Part shown: positions 32,501 to 41,595 of the stretch, piece by piece
Numbering within the stretch: the stretch's first letter is position 1
Layout of the letters: the number at the start of each line of letters is the position of its first letter
DNA from: Cyanobacteria bacterium P01_A01_bin.123
GTDB lineage: Bacteria; Cyanobacteriota; Cyanobacteriia; Phormidesmidales; Phormidesmidaceae
NCBI GenBank assembly: GCA_039815185.1
Contig: JBCBZT010000010.1
Location: 96,001 to 160,000 of the forward strand
DNA: 64,000 nt
Direction: 5' to 3'
Made by a program: the position numbers and the translations under genes
Notes under the pieces: generated by a model
Told to the model about the DNA's origin: nothing
Seen by the model: the letters and a program-made list of their open reading frames with translations, nothing else
The model's database searches: none

Positions 32501-32658
32501 CCACAGGGTTTTGGCCACCTTTGGCGATCGCGATCGCGGGCGGACTCGGTGGCGCAACCCTATTAGCCCTGTATTACGTTCCAGCAGCCCATGTGTTGAT
32601 TTATCGTCGGCGTCCCATACCAACCCCAGCCCCTGAAAAACTACTTCAGCGAGTTTGA
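29548..32658 (+). CDS. RND efflux transporter permease (AcrB/AcrD/AcrF family)
   Basis: LPRMEDP, PGASPERVE, GLLIDNAIVV, INDSIVV; 1036 aa. Confidence 0.96.
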   Translation: MFNLFYRNRQLLFLTLALVVVWGLSAFLTLPRMEDPEITQRFSTVTTFLPGASPERVETLITEKVEERLFELEEVESIESTSSLGISVVTVEIKEAIRNVDPVWAKVRSKIDDVVPELPPDASDPEYEDSTVSASALIVGLTWQLNAEPNYAILGRLIDGLEDDIRAIPGTDKLEIFGEPDEEITVEIAPAKLAQLGITAQQLAQQIQASDAKLSAGQFRSSDNELLLEINSELDSLERIREIPIQLGTGSQAARLGDIAQVTKGIQDPASELAIVNGYPAVALSATVENGQRVDQWAVQARQVLTDFEANLSDGLGLATVLDQSQYVQQRLNGVVMNLIVGSGLVIAVSLVMLGWRSALIVGSALPLVTLMVFGCMKVLGVPLHQMSVTGIIIALGLLIDNAIVVVDEMQIRLREGLSTAAAVSGTVNHLLVPLTASTLTTVLAFVPIATSPGGTGEFIGTIGLTVILALISSLFLSLTVVVSLTGLISRRRTDSQSLTPQATRWWQSGFANANLTVLYSWTLEKVFRRPWLGIGLALVLPVIGFAMFGTLDQQFFPPTNRNQFQIEFELPSQSAIAETQTQILAARDLIRQHERVDDIHWFMGESAPSFFYNVLSNRRNAPNYAQGIVQLNDTTDLRQTIQDLQWELDAAFPDAQVLVKQLEQGPPFDAPIELRIYGSDMAQLRQVGNDLRGELAQVSDVIHTQADLTEGLPKLALTVDEVQARQAGLDNSAIARQLNTALEGSVGGSVLEGTEDIPVRVRLSDQRRGDLGEISALDLVAGNGEALPLNAIADLSLIPDLAQITRKDGQRINTVQGFITAGALPDNVLTRFKQRLEETNFTLPSGYRLEYGGEADARGDAVGNLLSTVGVLVILMTATLVLSFNSFGLAALIASVAVFAVGLAALALWLFNSLFGFTAILGTLGLIGLAINDSIVVLAALREDPLASQGDRRATQAVVLKATRHVAATTLTTITGFIPLLMDSTGFWPPLAIAIAGGLGGATLLALYYVPAAHVLIYRRRPIPTPAPEKLLQRV

Positions 32659-32662
32659 AATA

Positions 32663-32770
32663 ATATACGCCTGACATGTGACGGATCAAGGCACGGACTT
32701 CTTCAGCGGTTAAAACGGTTGAGAGCCTACGCAAAGGCTTGGCTCGAATGGCATCAATATCGCTAACATC
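32663..32770 (-). pseudogene. Remnant of an integron-type integrase (IntI-like tyrosine recombinase)
   Basis: Reads DVSDIDAIRAKPLRRLSTVLTAEEVRALIRHMSGVY, resembling the IntI linker (RAK...LPxVLTxEEV); in-frame stop just upstream, no start codon or catalytic domain. Confidence 0.7.
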
Positions 32771-32788
32771 TCATCAATAAAGATTGAT

Positions 32789-33775
32789 TTAGGGGTCGAT
32801 GTTGATGTCAAGGTTAATAGAAAACCCGACTGGCCTATTGTCAAGTTTTAGAAATGGCGTTAATCCAACTGAACCTTCTGGATCAAAAGATAAAATCCCT
32901 GTATTTCTATTATAGCTAAGCTGGGTTTTTGATGCTCCTTGAAAGGCTTGGCCAAGCTCAATTTTGTCTCCTTCAAGCCAGCGGAAGTCTTTGATAATAT
33001 GCACATTTTCTGGCTCAAATAGCGCGAAGAAAAATTTATCTGCATCCCCTCGTACAGCATTAGGATTGGCAGTTCTGTCATCACCCCAGAGTACGTCAAC
33101 TCCGCCATTATTAAGGAGGCCAAAAGCCTGGCCTGTGATAAAATCTTCGCCTCTACCACCTACTATTAGATCACCTCCTTTTCCACCAGATAAGGAATCA
33201 TTGCCACTTTCCCCATAGAGAGAATCATTCCCCTCTTGCCCACGCAGAATATTGTCAAGATCGTTTCCCTCCATTAAATTATCACTATTATTTCCAACAA
33301 AATCGGTCTTTTGTGCAGGATTAGATGACCAGCCCACAGGGGTGAGCACGACTAGCTTTTCAACGTTCGAAGGCATCGCAAAACTACCCCGATAAACCCT
33401 AATCGTGTCGTATCCATGAACATTCTGTTCGATGATGCCACCACCACTTGGATTATCCCAAGATCTGATGATATATGTATCATTACCGGCACCACCTGCT
33501 AAGACATCGGCACCTCTTCCACCCTCTAAGACATCATTGTCCGCACCTCCATAGAGATGGTCATTCCCGTCTCCTCCGAGGAGAGTGTCATTTCCCTGCT
33601 CGCCATAGAGATAATCATTCCCGCCAAGACCTGATATCTGATCATTGCCTTGTCTACCAAAGATTTCGTCATCAAAATTGTCATCAACAATAATCTCTTC
33701 TCCTCCATTAATGAATCGCACTCTAACAGTCCCAGACAGAGTGTCATCAGATGAAGTCCCAGTTTGTCGAATCAT
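32789..33775 (-). CDS. RTX/hemolysin-type calcium-binding repeat protein
   Basis: Many GGxGxDxLx nonapeptides; C-terminal IKDF...GDKIEL...YNRNTGILSFD. Confidence 0.9.
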   Translation of the reverse strand: MIRQTGTSSDDTLSGTVRVRFINGGEEIIVDDNFDDEIFGRQGNDQISGLGGNDYLYGEQGNDTLLGGDGNDHLYGGADNDVLEGGRGADVLAGGAGNDTYIIRSWDNPSGGGIIEQNVHGYDTIRVYRGSFAMPSNVEKLVVLTPVGWSSNPAQKTDFVGNNSDNLMEGNDLDNILRGQEGNDSLYGESGNDSLSGGKGGDLIVGGRGEDFITGQAFGLLNNGGVDVLWGDDRTANPNAVRGDADKFFFALFEPENVHIIKDFRWLEGDKIELGQAFQGASKTQLSYNRNTGILSFDPEGSVGLTPFLKLDNRPVGFSINLDINIDP

Positions 33776-34169
33776 TGGATTGTTCCTCTAATTATAATTT
33801 TCATGCAGAGAGTTATGTCCTTGGAAAGATAAATGAAAAGCGCTTTCCACTTCATTTTTAACTATTACCCATTAGCGATCAGATGCCTAAAAATATTCTG
33901 AAGATCGTCATTATTCAGATAAAATGAGATCTGACTTGAAAGGTCGACAGCTTCAATCAGCTATAAAGCAGGTTTAATCAAGGCTAATTTCAACAAAAAT
34001 CGACAATAATTTCTTCAGAAATTCTCCTCGAAATTTGAGCCAACTTCTATCCAGATTGATTGCGATTGAGCTTTGTATCGATCCTTACGCATATCTGCTT
34101 TTAAGGAGCAATCTATTGAAAATTTTGAGCATGCTGAGATGCTAAACCTTGAGAGCAGGTCGGCCTATC

Positions 34170-35450
34170 TCACACATAGACAAACTGTTGAGTATTGGTT
34201 AAATCGAGTTGCCCTGCCTGTATCCCTTGACCGTGCTGAACTACCCCGATTAACTCATCTGGAAACGTTGAATACTCATCCAGATAAATACCTGTTCCCG
34301 AAATCATTTGCGAGTTCAGCGTCACTGTAATCGGCTTCAACTTGTATTCTTGCGCTACTCCTCTTAACTGGATTTTATCCATCCCGTCTGTAAAGTCGAT
34401 AATCAGACCATAACTTCGAGAACCAGCACTGCGTCTGGTTCCGTCATCGTATAGATACTGGGGATGGCTACCACCAATCCAGTTGCGACTACCAGGACCA
34501 CCGAGGCCTAAGACAAACTCATCATTGCCACCACCGCCAGTCAATACATCAATTTCAGTAATCGGTGTACCTAACCGATAGGGATTGGGCCCAACCAGCA
34601 CATCGTTCCCCCCTTCCCCCAGAAGGGTGTCGTTGCCAGAACCGCCAATCAGACGATTAGAACCTCGATTGCCGCGAATCACATTATTCAGATAATTCCC
34701 TGTGCCATCGATGCCAGCTGTTCCCTTCAGCGTCAAATTCTCGACTTGGTCATTGACACCACTGCGAAGGCCATGGCTCACTGATGTTTCAATCGTGTCA
34801 TTCCCTTCGTCGGCTCGTTCAATAATCTTGTCGAGTCGATCCGATGAATCGGCAATGATGTAGATATCATCTCCCTCCCCTCCTTCGAGGTGGTCACGAC
34901 CTGACCCCCCAATCAAACGATCGTTTCCACCATGGCCCCGTAACAAGTCAGCACCGCTTCCCCCTGAAAAATAATCATTATTGCCTGCACCAAGGAGGGT
35001 ATCGTCACCAGAACCCGCAAAAACAGTATTTCTAGGAGAATATTCAAAGAAGGATTTGCCGATAAACTCTAATTTTCCGGTGAAAAAACTAGCTGAAACT
35101 CTGTTATAGATATTGCGACTGCTGCCAATAAGTTGTACCCATTCAATGCTATCCAGGGTATCTGTGCCAAATCCATTAGAAGCGCCATTAAATTGATTAT
35201 CAGATAGAGCGATTCTGCTATTCTGTGTCGATGTTTCAATATCAATGCTGAGTAGGTCAAATCCAATGTCGCCATAAAATTTATCGTTGCCAGCTTCTCC
35301 ATAAAAGGTGTCATTACCATACCCCCCAAAAATGTGATCATTCCCTCCTAGGCCTAAAAGACGATCATTCCGACCTTCTCCATAAATTTCGTCATCTTCA
35401 GAGGTTCCTACTAAATATTCTTCTCGATCAGTTCCTCGGATAGTTGCCAT
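34170..35450 (-). CDS. RTX/hemolysin-type calcium-binding repeat protein
   Basis: GGxGxD repeats, VENLTLKGTAGIDGTGN, IDVLTGGGGNDEFVLG, IIDFTDGMDKIQL; GAGGAG RBS. Confidence 0.9.
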   Translation of the reverse strand: MATIRGTDREEYLVGTSEDDEIYGEGRNDRLLGLGGNDHIFGGYGNDTFYGEAGNDKFYGDIGFDLLSIDIETSTQNSRIALSDNQFNGASNGFGTDTLDSIEWVQLIGSSRNIYNRVSASFFTGKLEFIGKSFFEYSPRNTVFAGSGDDTLLGAGNNDYFSGGSGADLLRGHGGNDRLIGGSGRDHLEGGEGDDIYIIADSSDRLDKIIERADEGNDTIETSVSHGLRSGVNDQVENLTLKGTAGIDGTGNYLNNVIRGNRGSNRLIGGSGNDTLLGEGGNDVLVGPNPYRLGTPITEIDVLTGGGGNDEFVLGLGGPGSRNWIGGSHPQYLYDDGTRRSAGSRSYGLIIDFTDGMDKIQLRGVAQEYKLKPITVTLNSQMISGTGIYLDEYSTFPDELIGVVQHGQGIQAGQLDLTNTQQFVYV

Positions 35451-35717
35451 ATGAGTCTCCTCAATTCGACGTTAAATGTATTCCACAAAAACTTCAGAAA
35501 ATCACGCATAAGATTCCACAGCGGTTGCAGTGCAATCGTTTTTGGATTTCTTCTTCGTGCAAAAAGAACGTAGAGCTTAAAGGATGAAAATTTTTCTAGC
35601 TTTAATCTTCAGGTTGGTAGAGCCTTAAAGTAAACCCACACTCCAGAATCGTGTCAGTTTATATTTGCTCCAAGAAATTGCCTTAAAGAGAAACTCAAAA
35701 GTCTTTGTAAACATCCT

Positions 35718-35840
35718 CTACACATAGGTAAAGCCGCCAAGACCTTCTAAGATATCGCTGCCTTGATAGCCATAAATTCTATCGTCGGCTTCAGTGCCTG
35801 TTAAGCTTTCAGAAGCAGAACTGCCTTGAATGATTGCCAT
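35718..35840 (-). pseudogene. Truncated RTX-protein N-terminus (40 aa, not in ORF track)
   Basis: GGAGG RBS + ATG; MAIIQGSSASESLTGTEADDRIYGYQGSDILEGLGGFTYV-stop aligns with the start of the 35450 gene (MATIRGTDREEYLVGTSEDDEIYGEGRNDRLLGLGG). Confidence 0.7.
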
Positions 35841-35905
35841 CGAACCCTCCTAGCCAGACTCTTCCGTTAACCTGATGATAATTTTCCCGAATCAGAGAAA
35901 CAAGC

Positions 35906-36613
35906 TCATAACCTTTCACGGCAGTTATTGAAGTTCACAATGCCATGCTTAAGGGCTGAACCAGCACCGACGGTCACTAACGCTAAGAAGCCCAGGATTG
36001 AAGAGGGTTCAGGCACCGCCTCAGGCTCAGATGTCGCTGGGAAAACAGTAGCTTGGAGATTCGCACAGGGGAACAAATCTGGCTCCTCTGGGGTTGCACA
36101 TCCCCCATTAAAGGTCGAGATTTGTTTCTCCAATAAGTCTGGATCATCGCTAGCCGGACCATGCCAACGGGTAAGGGCATGAACCTCAGTGCCAAATGGG
36201 TCTTTCAAGCCATCACCTCTGAGCACCTGGTCTTCTCCCTGAGGCAGTTCACCCACTTCTAGCCGAGCCTCAAAGTGACCCACACCGTCCTCACCGACAA
36301 TGATTCCAGTGCCAAAGAGCGATGACGCCTCGACCGCTTCGTTGCTCAGATCATCTGTACCACACCCATCTGTACAGAACTCTGGTTGACCAAACAAAAT
36401 CCACCAGAGAGTATGGGTCCCGGCAGGCAACGATTGGGTCTCAAAGCTGATTTCAATGGCATCTGTCAATCGGGTCAAACTCGCAGTCGAGTCTTCAATC
36501 GGTTCACCAGACCCAAAGGCTGTCGGCTGCGAACGTTGTAGCACAGCTGCTTTAGCTGGAGCAGCCAATGGTAGTAAGCTTAAGGCAATGATGGGGATTA
36601 CTTTATTGATCAC
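35906..36613 (-). CDS. PEP-CTERM sorting domain protein
   Basis: Signal peptide; C-terminal VPEPSSILGFLALVTVGAGSALK. Confidence 0.88.
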   Translation of the reverse strand: MINKVIPIIALSLLPLAAPAKAAVLQRSQPTAFGSGEPIEDSTASLTRLTDAIEISFETQSLPAGTHTLWWILFGQPEFCTDGCGTDDLSNEAVEASSLFGTGIIVGEDGVGHFEARLEVGELPQGEDQVLRGDGLKDPFGTEVHALTRWHGPASDDPDLLEKQISTFNGGCATPEEPDLFPCANLQATVFPATSEPEAVPEPSSILGFLALVTVGAGSALKHGIVNFNNCRERL

Positions 36614-36757
36614 AAGTGTTTCTCCTAGCTTGAATTGTGAGTCTTTTAGGGATTAGCTCATCACGCCAACTCTGCCTGCTGCTCAAACGGCAGGAAGCAC
36701 AGCACAATAATGGCGACGCGAAAATTATTGAGACAATGATTTGCCAGCCACGCGGCA

Positions 36758-37393
36758 TTACTTGTTGGGTTGGGGCGTCATCCGCAGGTAGGGTTTGATT
36801 TCAATCACCCCTTTCGGGAACTTCTGCTTAGCCATCTCAATGGCAATCGTGGGCGCGACCACAACATCCTCACCGTCTTGCCAATCCACAGGCGTAGCGA
36901 CACTGTAGTTGTCGATTAATTGCAAAGAGTCAATCACCCTCAGGATTTCATTGAAGTTACGGCCCGTACTGGGGGGATAAGTAATCGTCAGCCTTAGTTT
37001 CTTGTTGGGGTCAATCACAAAGACTGTGCGCACGGTCACCTTAGCGTTAGCATTGGGATGAATCATGCCATAGCAGTTAGCCACTGTCTGATCGGCATCG
37101 GCAATGATGGGATAGTTGACGGTGGTGTTTTGCGTTTCGTCGATATCTTTGATCCAGCCCTGGTGGGAGGCGATGCTATCAACGCTAAGGGCAATGACCT
37201 TGGTGTGGCGTTGGTCAAACTCAGATTTGAGTTTAGCAACGCTGCCGAGTTCAGTGGTGCAGACTGGCGTGTAGTCTGCGGGGTGAGAGAACAGGACAAC
37301 CCAATCGTTACCTGCCCAGTCATAGAAGTTGAGTTCACCCTCGGTCGTCTGTTGGGTGAAGTTAGGCACAGTGTCGCCAAGTTGAAGCGTCAT
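36758..37393 (-). CDS. 1-Cys peroxiredoxin (Prx6 family)
   Basis: FSHPADYTPVCTTE, YPPSTGRNFNEILR, ATPVDW. Confidence 0.96.
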   Translation of the reverse strand: MTLQLGDTVPNFTQQTTEGELNFYDWAGNDWVVLFSHPADYTPVCTTELGSVAKLKSEFDQRHTKVIALSVDSIASHQGWIKDIDETQNTTVNYPIIADADQTVANCYGMIHPNANAKVTVRTVFVIDPNKKLRLTITYPPSTGRNFNEILRVIDSLQLIDNYSVATPVDWQDGEDVVVAPTIAIEMAKQKFPKGVIEIKPYLRMTPQPNK

Positions 37394-37643
37394 TACGAGT
37401 CCCCTTTTGATTGTAAGAATGTTGTTGGATAGTCTGCTCCGAGCAACAGGTCGGTATCAAAGTAATCCACTTGCAAGACAGTGATGTAAGCCTACTGATG
37501 GGGGTAACCTCCATCGCCCTCTGCTTGCGGAATCCAGCTAAGTTGGTCTGTAGTTTATGACTCACCAGTTGAGCCAGGCTTTGGACAAGTGTCATCAGTT
37601 CCTTTGGAAGTAATCTTGAGATTTCAACGTTAATCCACAAGTT

Positions 37644-37659
37644 TGTAATTGTCGTTACA
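37644..37659. promoter_or_regulatory. NtcA-consensus palindrome
   Basis: TGTA-N8-TACA between the divergent prx and NB-ARC/WD40 genes; no correctly spaced -10 found. Confidence 0.35.
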
Positions 37660-37738
37660 GGAAAGTTATGGAGTTTAGTCGCTGAGTTATGGAAAGTTAA
37701 GGTAAGAGTTGTCGAATTTGGAGCTGTCTTAAAGGGTA

Positions 37739-40700
37739 ATGGTGGACTCAGAGCAAATACTTGCTACTGCCAACACAGCTATTTTTGCTGTAGCGAATCG
37801 ACACCTTTCTGATGTGGAAACAGCAATTATCCTGGGTGCGATCGCCAATTCAACATATGAGGAAATTGCTGAGAAATCAGGGTACTCAGTGAACTATATC
37901 AAACGAGATATTGGCCCTAAACTCTGGCGATTACTCTCGACAGCAGTCGGCGAAAAAGTTAATAAAATCAACTTTAGACAAGCCTTAGAATGCTATCAAA
38001 CGATTGGTATCAACCTGTCCAATCTCTCAGACAGAAAAGGGCATCAATGTGACTGGGGAGAAGCTCCCGATGTCTCTCTCTTCTTAGGACGTATCGATGA
38101 GCTTAACACCTTAAAGCAGTGGACTTTGAAGGCGTCTTGTCGTCTTATGGCACTGCTGGGCATTGGGGGAATTGGGAAAACAACTTTAGGGGTGAAGTTA
38201 GCCCGGCAAATTCAAGGCCAGTTTGACCACGTTATTTGGAGATCGCTGCGTAATGCACCCACTTTAGAGTCGCTTTTGGGTGAACTGGTTCCCTTCCTGT
38301 CCGATCAACAAGAAACGGAAGCTGACATCAAGCACTTACTCAAATGCCTACAAAATTCTCCCTGTCTGGTGATTCTGGACAATGTGGAGACGATTTTGCA
38401 GGCGGGCAGTCAAGCTGGACAATACCGTTCAGGTTATGAACCTTATGGGGATCTGCTGCGAGTCATCGGTGAATCAAGCCATCAAAGCATTGTCCTCCTG
38501 ACCAGTCGAGAAAAACCGACTGAGATTGCGATGTTTGAAGGGGTGAATACCGCTGTGCGATCGCTATGCCTTCAAGGTTCTCTAGAAGCTTCAAAAGCCT
38601 TGATTCAAATGAAGGGATTGGTGGGCACCGAAACTGAACAGCAGCAATTATGCAATTACTATGGTTGCAACCCACTAGCCCTCAAAATTGTGGCCACCTC
38701 GATTCAAGATTTATTTGGGGGTGAGATTCGGCTCTTTTTGGAACAAAACATCCTATTTTTCAATAACCTTCGTCGATTACTTGATCAGCAGTTTGAACGC
38801 CTCTCCGACTTAGAAAAAAATGTGATGTATTGGTTGGCGATTAACCGAGAATTGACCACGCTTTCCGAATTAGAAGCTGATCTTGTCCCCATGGTTTCTC
38901 GAACAGATTTACTCGAAGCACTAGAGTCCTTACTATGGCGAAATTTAATTGAACGGCAAGACAGCCGATATACCCAGCAGTCTGTCGTCATGGAACACGT
39001 CATCGATCGATTCATTAAAAAAATTTGCAGTGTACTCATTGAAGAATCGAAACATCAGGCATCCAGTCACGTTCAAGAAGCCTTGGCCCTGCCAACACCT
39101 TTGTGCCCTTTCCACACGCACGCACTCATCAAAGCCCAAGCCAAGGATTATGTTCGTGACAGTCAAGTGCGGCTTGTCCTAGACCCAATTATCGGTCAGC
39201 TTAGCGCTGAACTGGGTTCAAAGTATCTAGTCGAACATTGCTTACAGCAAATTTTATTAATCTTGAGAACACGCTTTTGTAGGTTCTCTGGCTATAGCTC
39301 AGGCAATTTAATTAACCTGCTTCATCACCTCCAGATTGATTTGACTGGGTATGACTTCTCCCACCTCACCCTGTGGCAGGCTTACCTAACCCACACCACG
39401 CTCCACCAGGTCAATTTTTCCCACGCCAACCTAGAACGATCTGTTTGGGCACAAGACATAGGCGTCACTATGTGGCTAGCTTTGAGTCCAGATGATCGCT
39501 TAGTCGCTACAGGCTGCATGGACGGCATGGTATATGTGTGGAATATCGAAACTAGACAGCAATTGCTTAGAATTGCTGCCCATCAAAGCTGGGTATTTAA
39601 AGTCGCTTTTAGCCCAGATGGCAGCCTTCTGGCAACGGTCAGCCCCGACCAAACCGTTAAGTTATGGTGTGTGGCAACCGGTCAATGCCTCAGCGTTCTT
39701 CGAGGACATACTGCTGGGGTGCTGTCTGTTTGCTTTAGTCCAGATGGCAGCCTTCTGGCAACCGGAAGCGATGACCAAACAATTAAGCTGTGGGATGTGC
39801 AGCAGCAAGCTTGTCTTAAAACCCTACGTGGACATCATGGCTTGATCCGAGGCATTGACTTCCATCCCCAAGGAAATAGATTAGTGAGCGGTAGTGATGA
39901 TGGCACGATCCGGCTTTGGAATCTTTCAACGGGACAATGCCTTAAAGTTTTGCAACATACTCCGATCAGATATCGCTCAGTGGCCTTTCACCCCTCTGGC
40001 AAGCTGTTGGCTAGCTGTAGCGATGATGAACGGCTTGTGCGGTTGTGGAATATCTCAACAGGGGAAACGACTAGAGTATTTCAGGGGCACATAAAGTCAA
40101 TTGCAGCGGTGGCCTTTAACCCCGATGGTCAAAGTCTTGCCAGCAGTGGTGAAGACTATACTTTGAGGCTCTGGGAAGTTAACACCGGTCAATGTTTGAA
40201 AACATTGAAAGGTCATAGCAGTGGCATTTGGGCGTTTCAATATAGTTCATCGGGCAAATGGCTCGCTAGTGCAGGGAGTCATGACCATGCCATCCGATTT
40301 TGGGATACTGCCACTGGTCAATGTTTGAACACGTTACAGGGAAAGCCCGTTGGATATCGCCCCGTGGCCTTTCATCCCCAAGGCAATCTATTAGCTGGGG
40401 GAGGCGATGACCATAGGGTAGGAATTTGGAACATTGCCTCAGGACAGTGTTTGAAGACCTTCCAAGGCCACATTGATCGGATCTGGAGTATTGCTTTCAA
40501 CGCCAATGGACAGTGGCTTGCCAGTGCCAGTATTGATAATTCTCTGAGGATTTGGGATGTCGAGACAGGTGAATGTCTGAGAGTCTTAGAAGGCCATAAT
40601 CATTGGGCCTTGGCTGTTGCATTTGCACCCCAAAACCATTATCTAGCGAGCGGTAGTGGCGATCGCACTGTCAAGATTTGGGATAGCCAGACGGGCACTT

Positions 40701-41446
40701 GCTTGCACACTTTAAGGGGTCATACGGGATATGTAGAAGCCGTGATTTTCAATTCGGATGGTTCTCTACTGGCAAGTTGTTGTAACAGCGGAACCATCAG
40801 ACTATGGCACGTTCACACCGGGGAGTGTTTGAAAGTTTTAGGCGGCCATAGTGGGCGGATTTGGTCAATCGCGTTTGCCCCGAATAGAGACCTTTTAGCC
40901 AGTAGCGGCGATGATCTAACAATTCGGTTTTGGGATGCGCAAACGGGTAAAGCGCTTACCGTTTTACAGGGACATACTAGTTCAGTATGGTCTGTAGCTT
41001 TCAGTTCCGATGGACAGCAGTTAGCCAGCGGCAGTGGCGATCGCACCATCCGCTTGTGGGATGTTAGCAACATCATGGCTGCCGCTGACTCTGGCCAGTC
41101 AGGGACAGCAGTTTCAGACGCGATGCCAGGACATTGCCTACGAATTTTACAGGATACTAGTCTTGTTTCTTCAGTGGCCTTTAGCCCCGACCCAACCCAT
41201 GTTGCAATACCAATGGCCTCTGAAGCAACTCATGCAGATAGTAGTGGACTGGCTCAAACACAATCTTCAATCTTGGCCAGCAGCAGCTTTAATGGCCCCA
41301 TTCGATTATGGGATACACAAACTGCTAAATGTCTGAAAACACTTAGACCCGATCGTCCTTATGAAGGGATGAATATTACAGGTGTAAAAGGATTGAGTGA
41401 AGCGCAAAAAGCAACCTTACAGGTATTGGGCGCAATTACAACTTAG
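37739..41446 (+). CDS. HTH + NB-ARC/NACHT-like (STAND) NTPase + WD40 repeat protein
   Basis: N-terminal TYEEIAEKSGYSVNYI HTH-like segment, DWGEAP, Walker A GIGGIGKTT, Walker B LVILDNVE, NPLAL, about 14 WD40 repeats, terminal RPYEGMNITG. Confidence 0.93.
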   Translation: MVDSEQILATANTAIFAVANRHLSDVETAIILGAIANSTYEEIAEKSGYSVNYIKRDIGPKLWRLLSTAVGEKVNKINFRQALECYQTIGINLSNLSDRKGHQCDWGEAPDVSLFLGRIDELNTLKQWTLKASCRLMALLGIGGIGKTTLGVKLARQIQGQFDHVIWRSLRNAPTLESLLGELVPFLSDQQETEADIKHLLKCLQNSPCLVILDNVETILQAGSQAGQYRSGYEPYGDLLRVIGESSHQSIVLLTSREKPTEIAMFEGVNTAVRSLCLQGSLEASKALIQMKGLVGTETEQQQLCNYYGCNPLALKIVATSIQDLFGGEIRLFLEQNILFFNNLRRLLDQQFERLSDLEKNVMYWLAINRELTTLSELEADLVPMVSRTDLLEALESLLWRNLIERQDSRYTQQSVVMEHVIDRFIKKICSVLIEESKHQASSHVQEALALPTPLCPFHTHALIKAQAKDYVRDSQVRLVLDPIIGQLSAELGSKYLVEHCLQQILLILRTRFCRFSGYSSGNLINLLHHLQIDLTGYDFSHLTLWQAYLTHTTLHQVNFSHANLERSVWAQDIGVTMWLALSPDDRLVATGCMDGMVYVWNIETRQQLLRIAAHQSWVFKVAFSPDGSLLATVSPDQTVKLWCVATGQCLSVLRGHTAGVLSVCFSPDGSLLATGSDDQTIKLWDVQQQACLKTLRGHHGLIRGIDFHPQGNRLVSGSDDGTIRLWNLSTGQCLKVLQHTPIRYRSVAFHPSGKLLASCSDDERLVRLWNISTGETTRVFQGHIKSIAAVAFNPDGQSLASSGEDYTLRLWEVNTGQCLKTLKGHSSGIWAFQYSSSGKWLASAGSHDHAIRFWDTATGQCLNTLQGKPVGYRPVAFHPQGNLLAGGGDDHRVGIWNIASGQCLKTFQGHIDRIWSIAFNANGQWLASASIDNSLRIWDVETGECLRVLEGHNHWALAVAFAPQNHYLASGSGDRTVKIWDSQTGTCLHTLRGHTGYVEAVIFNSDGSLLASCCNSGTIRLWHVHTGECLKVLGGHSGRIWSIAFAPNRDLLASSGDDLTIRFWDAQTGKALTVLQGHTSSVWSVAFSSDGQQLASGSGDRTIRLWDVSNIMAAADSGQSGTAVSDAMPGHCLRILQDTSLVSSVAFSPDPTHVAIPMASEATHADSSGLAQTQSSILASSSFNGPIRLWDTQTAKCLKTLRPDRPYEGMNITGVKGLSEAQKATLQVLGAITT

Positions 41447-41541
41447 CGGCTTAGCCCATGCGAAGCAATGCCTAGCCAGATATTAGCAGAGAAGAATTGA
41501 TGCGTCGCGGCTCTGGCTTAATCAATAGCTATAGGACAAAC

Positions 41542-41590
41542 TTGACATATCAGTAACTGCGGAATTAAAATTTCAACAAACATGTTGGTT
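41542..41590 (+). promoter_or_regulatory. tetR promoter with operator
   Basis: TTGACA-N18-TAAAAT followed by CAAC-aaacat-GTTG(GTT). Confidence 0.6.
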
Positions 41591-41595
41591 AATAA

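Noticed and set aside
32540..37830. Absence of HIP1 sites as proof of foreign origin
   Set aside because: Similar-length HIP1 gaps appear in core regions (purM-prohibitin, glnN), so the gap is not diagnostic alone.
39480..41330. Nucleotide repeats such as TTTAGCCCAGATGGCAGCCTTCTGGCAAC and AGCGGTAGTGGCGATCGCAC
   Set aside because: These are coding WD40 repeats, not a CRISPR array or DGR template/variable pair; no cas or reverse transcriptase gene is in the window.
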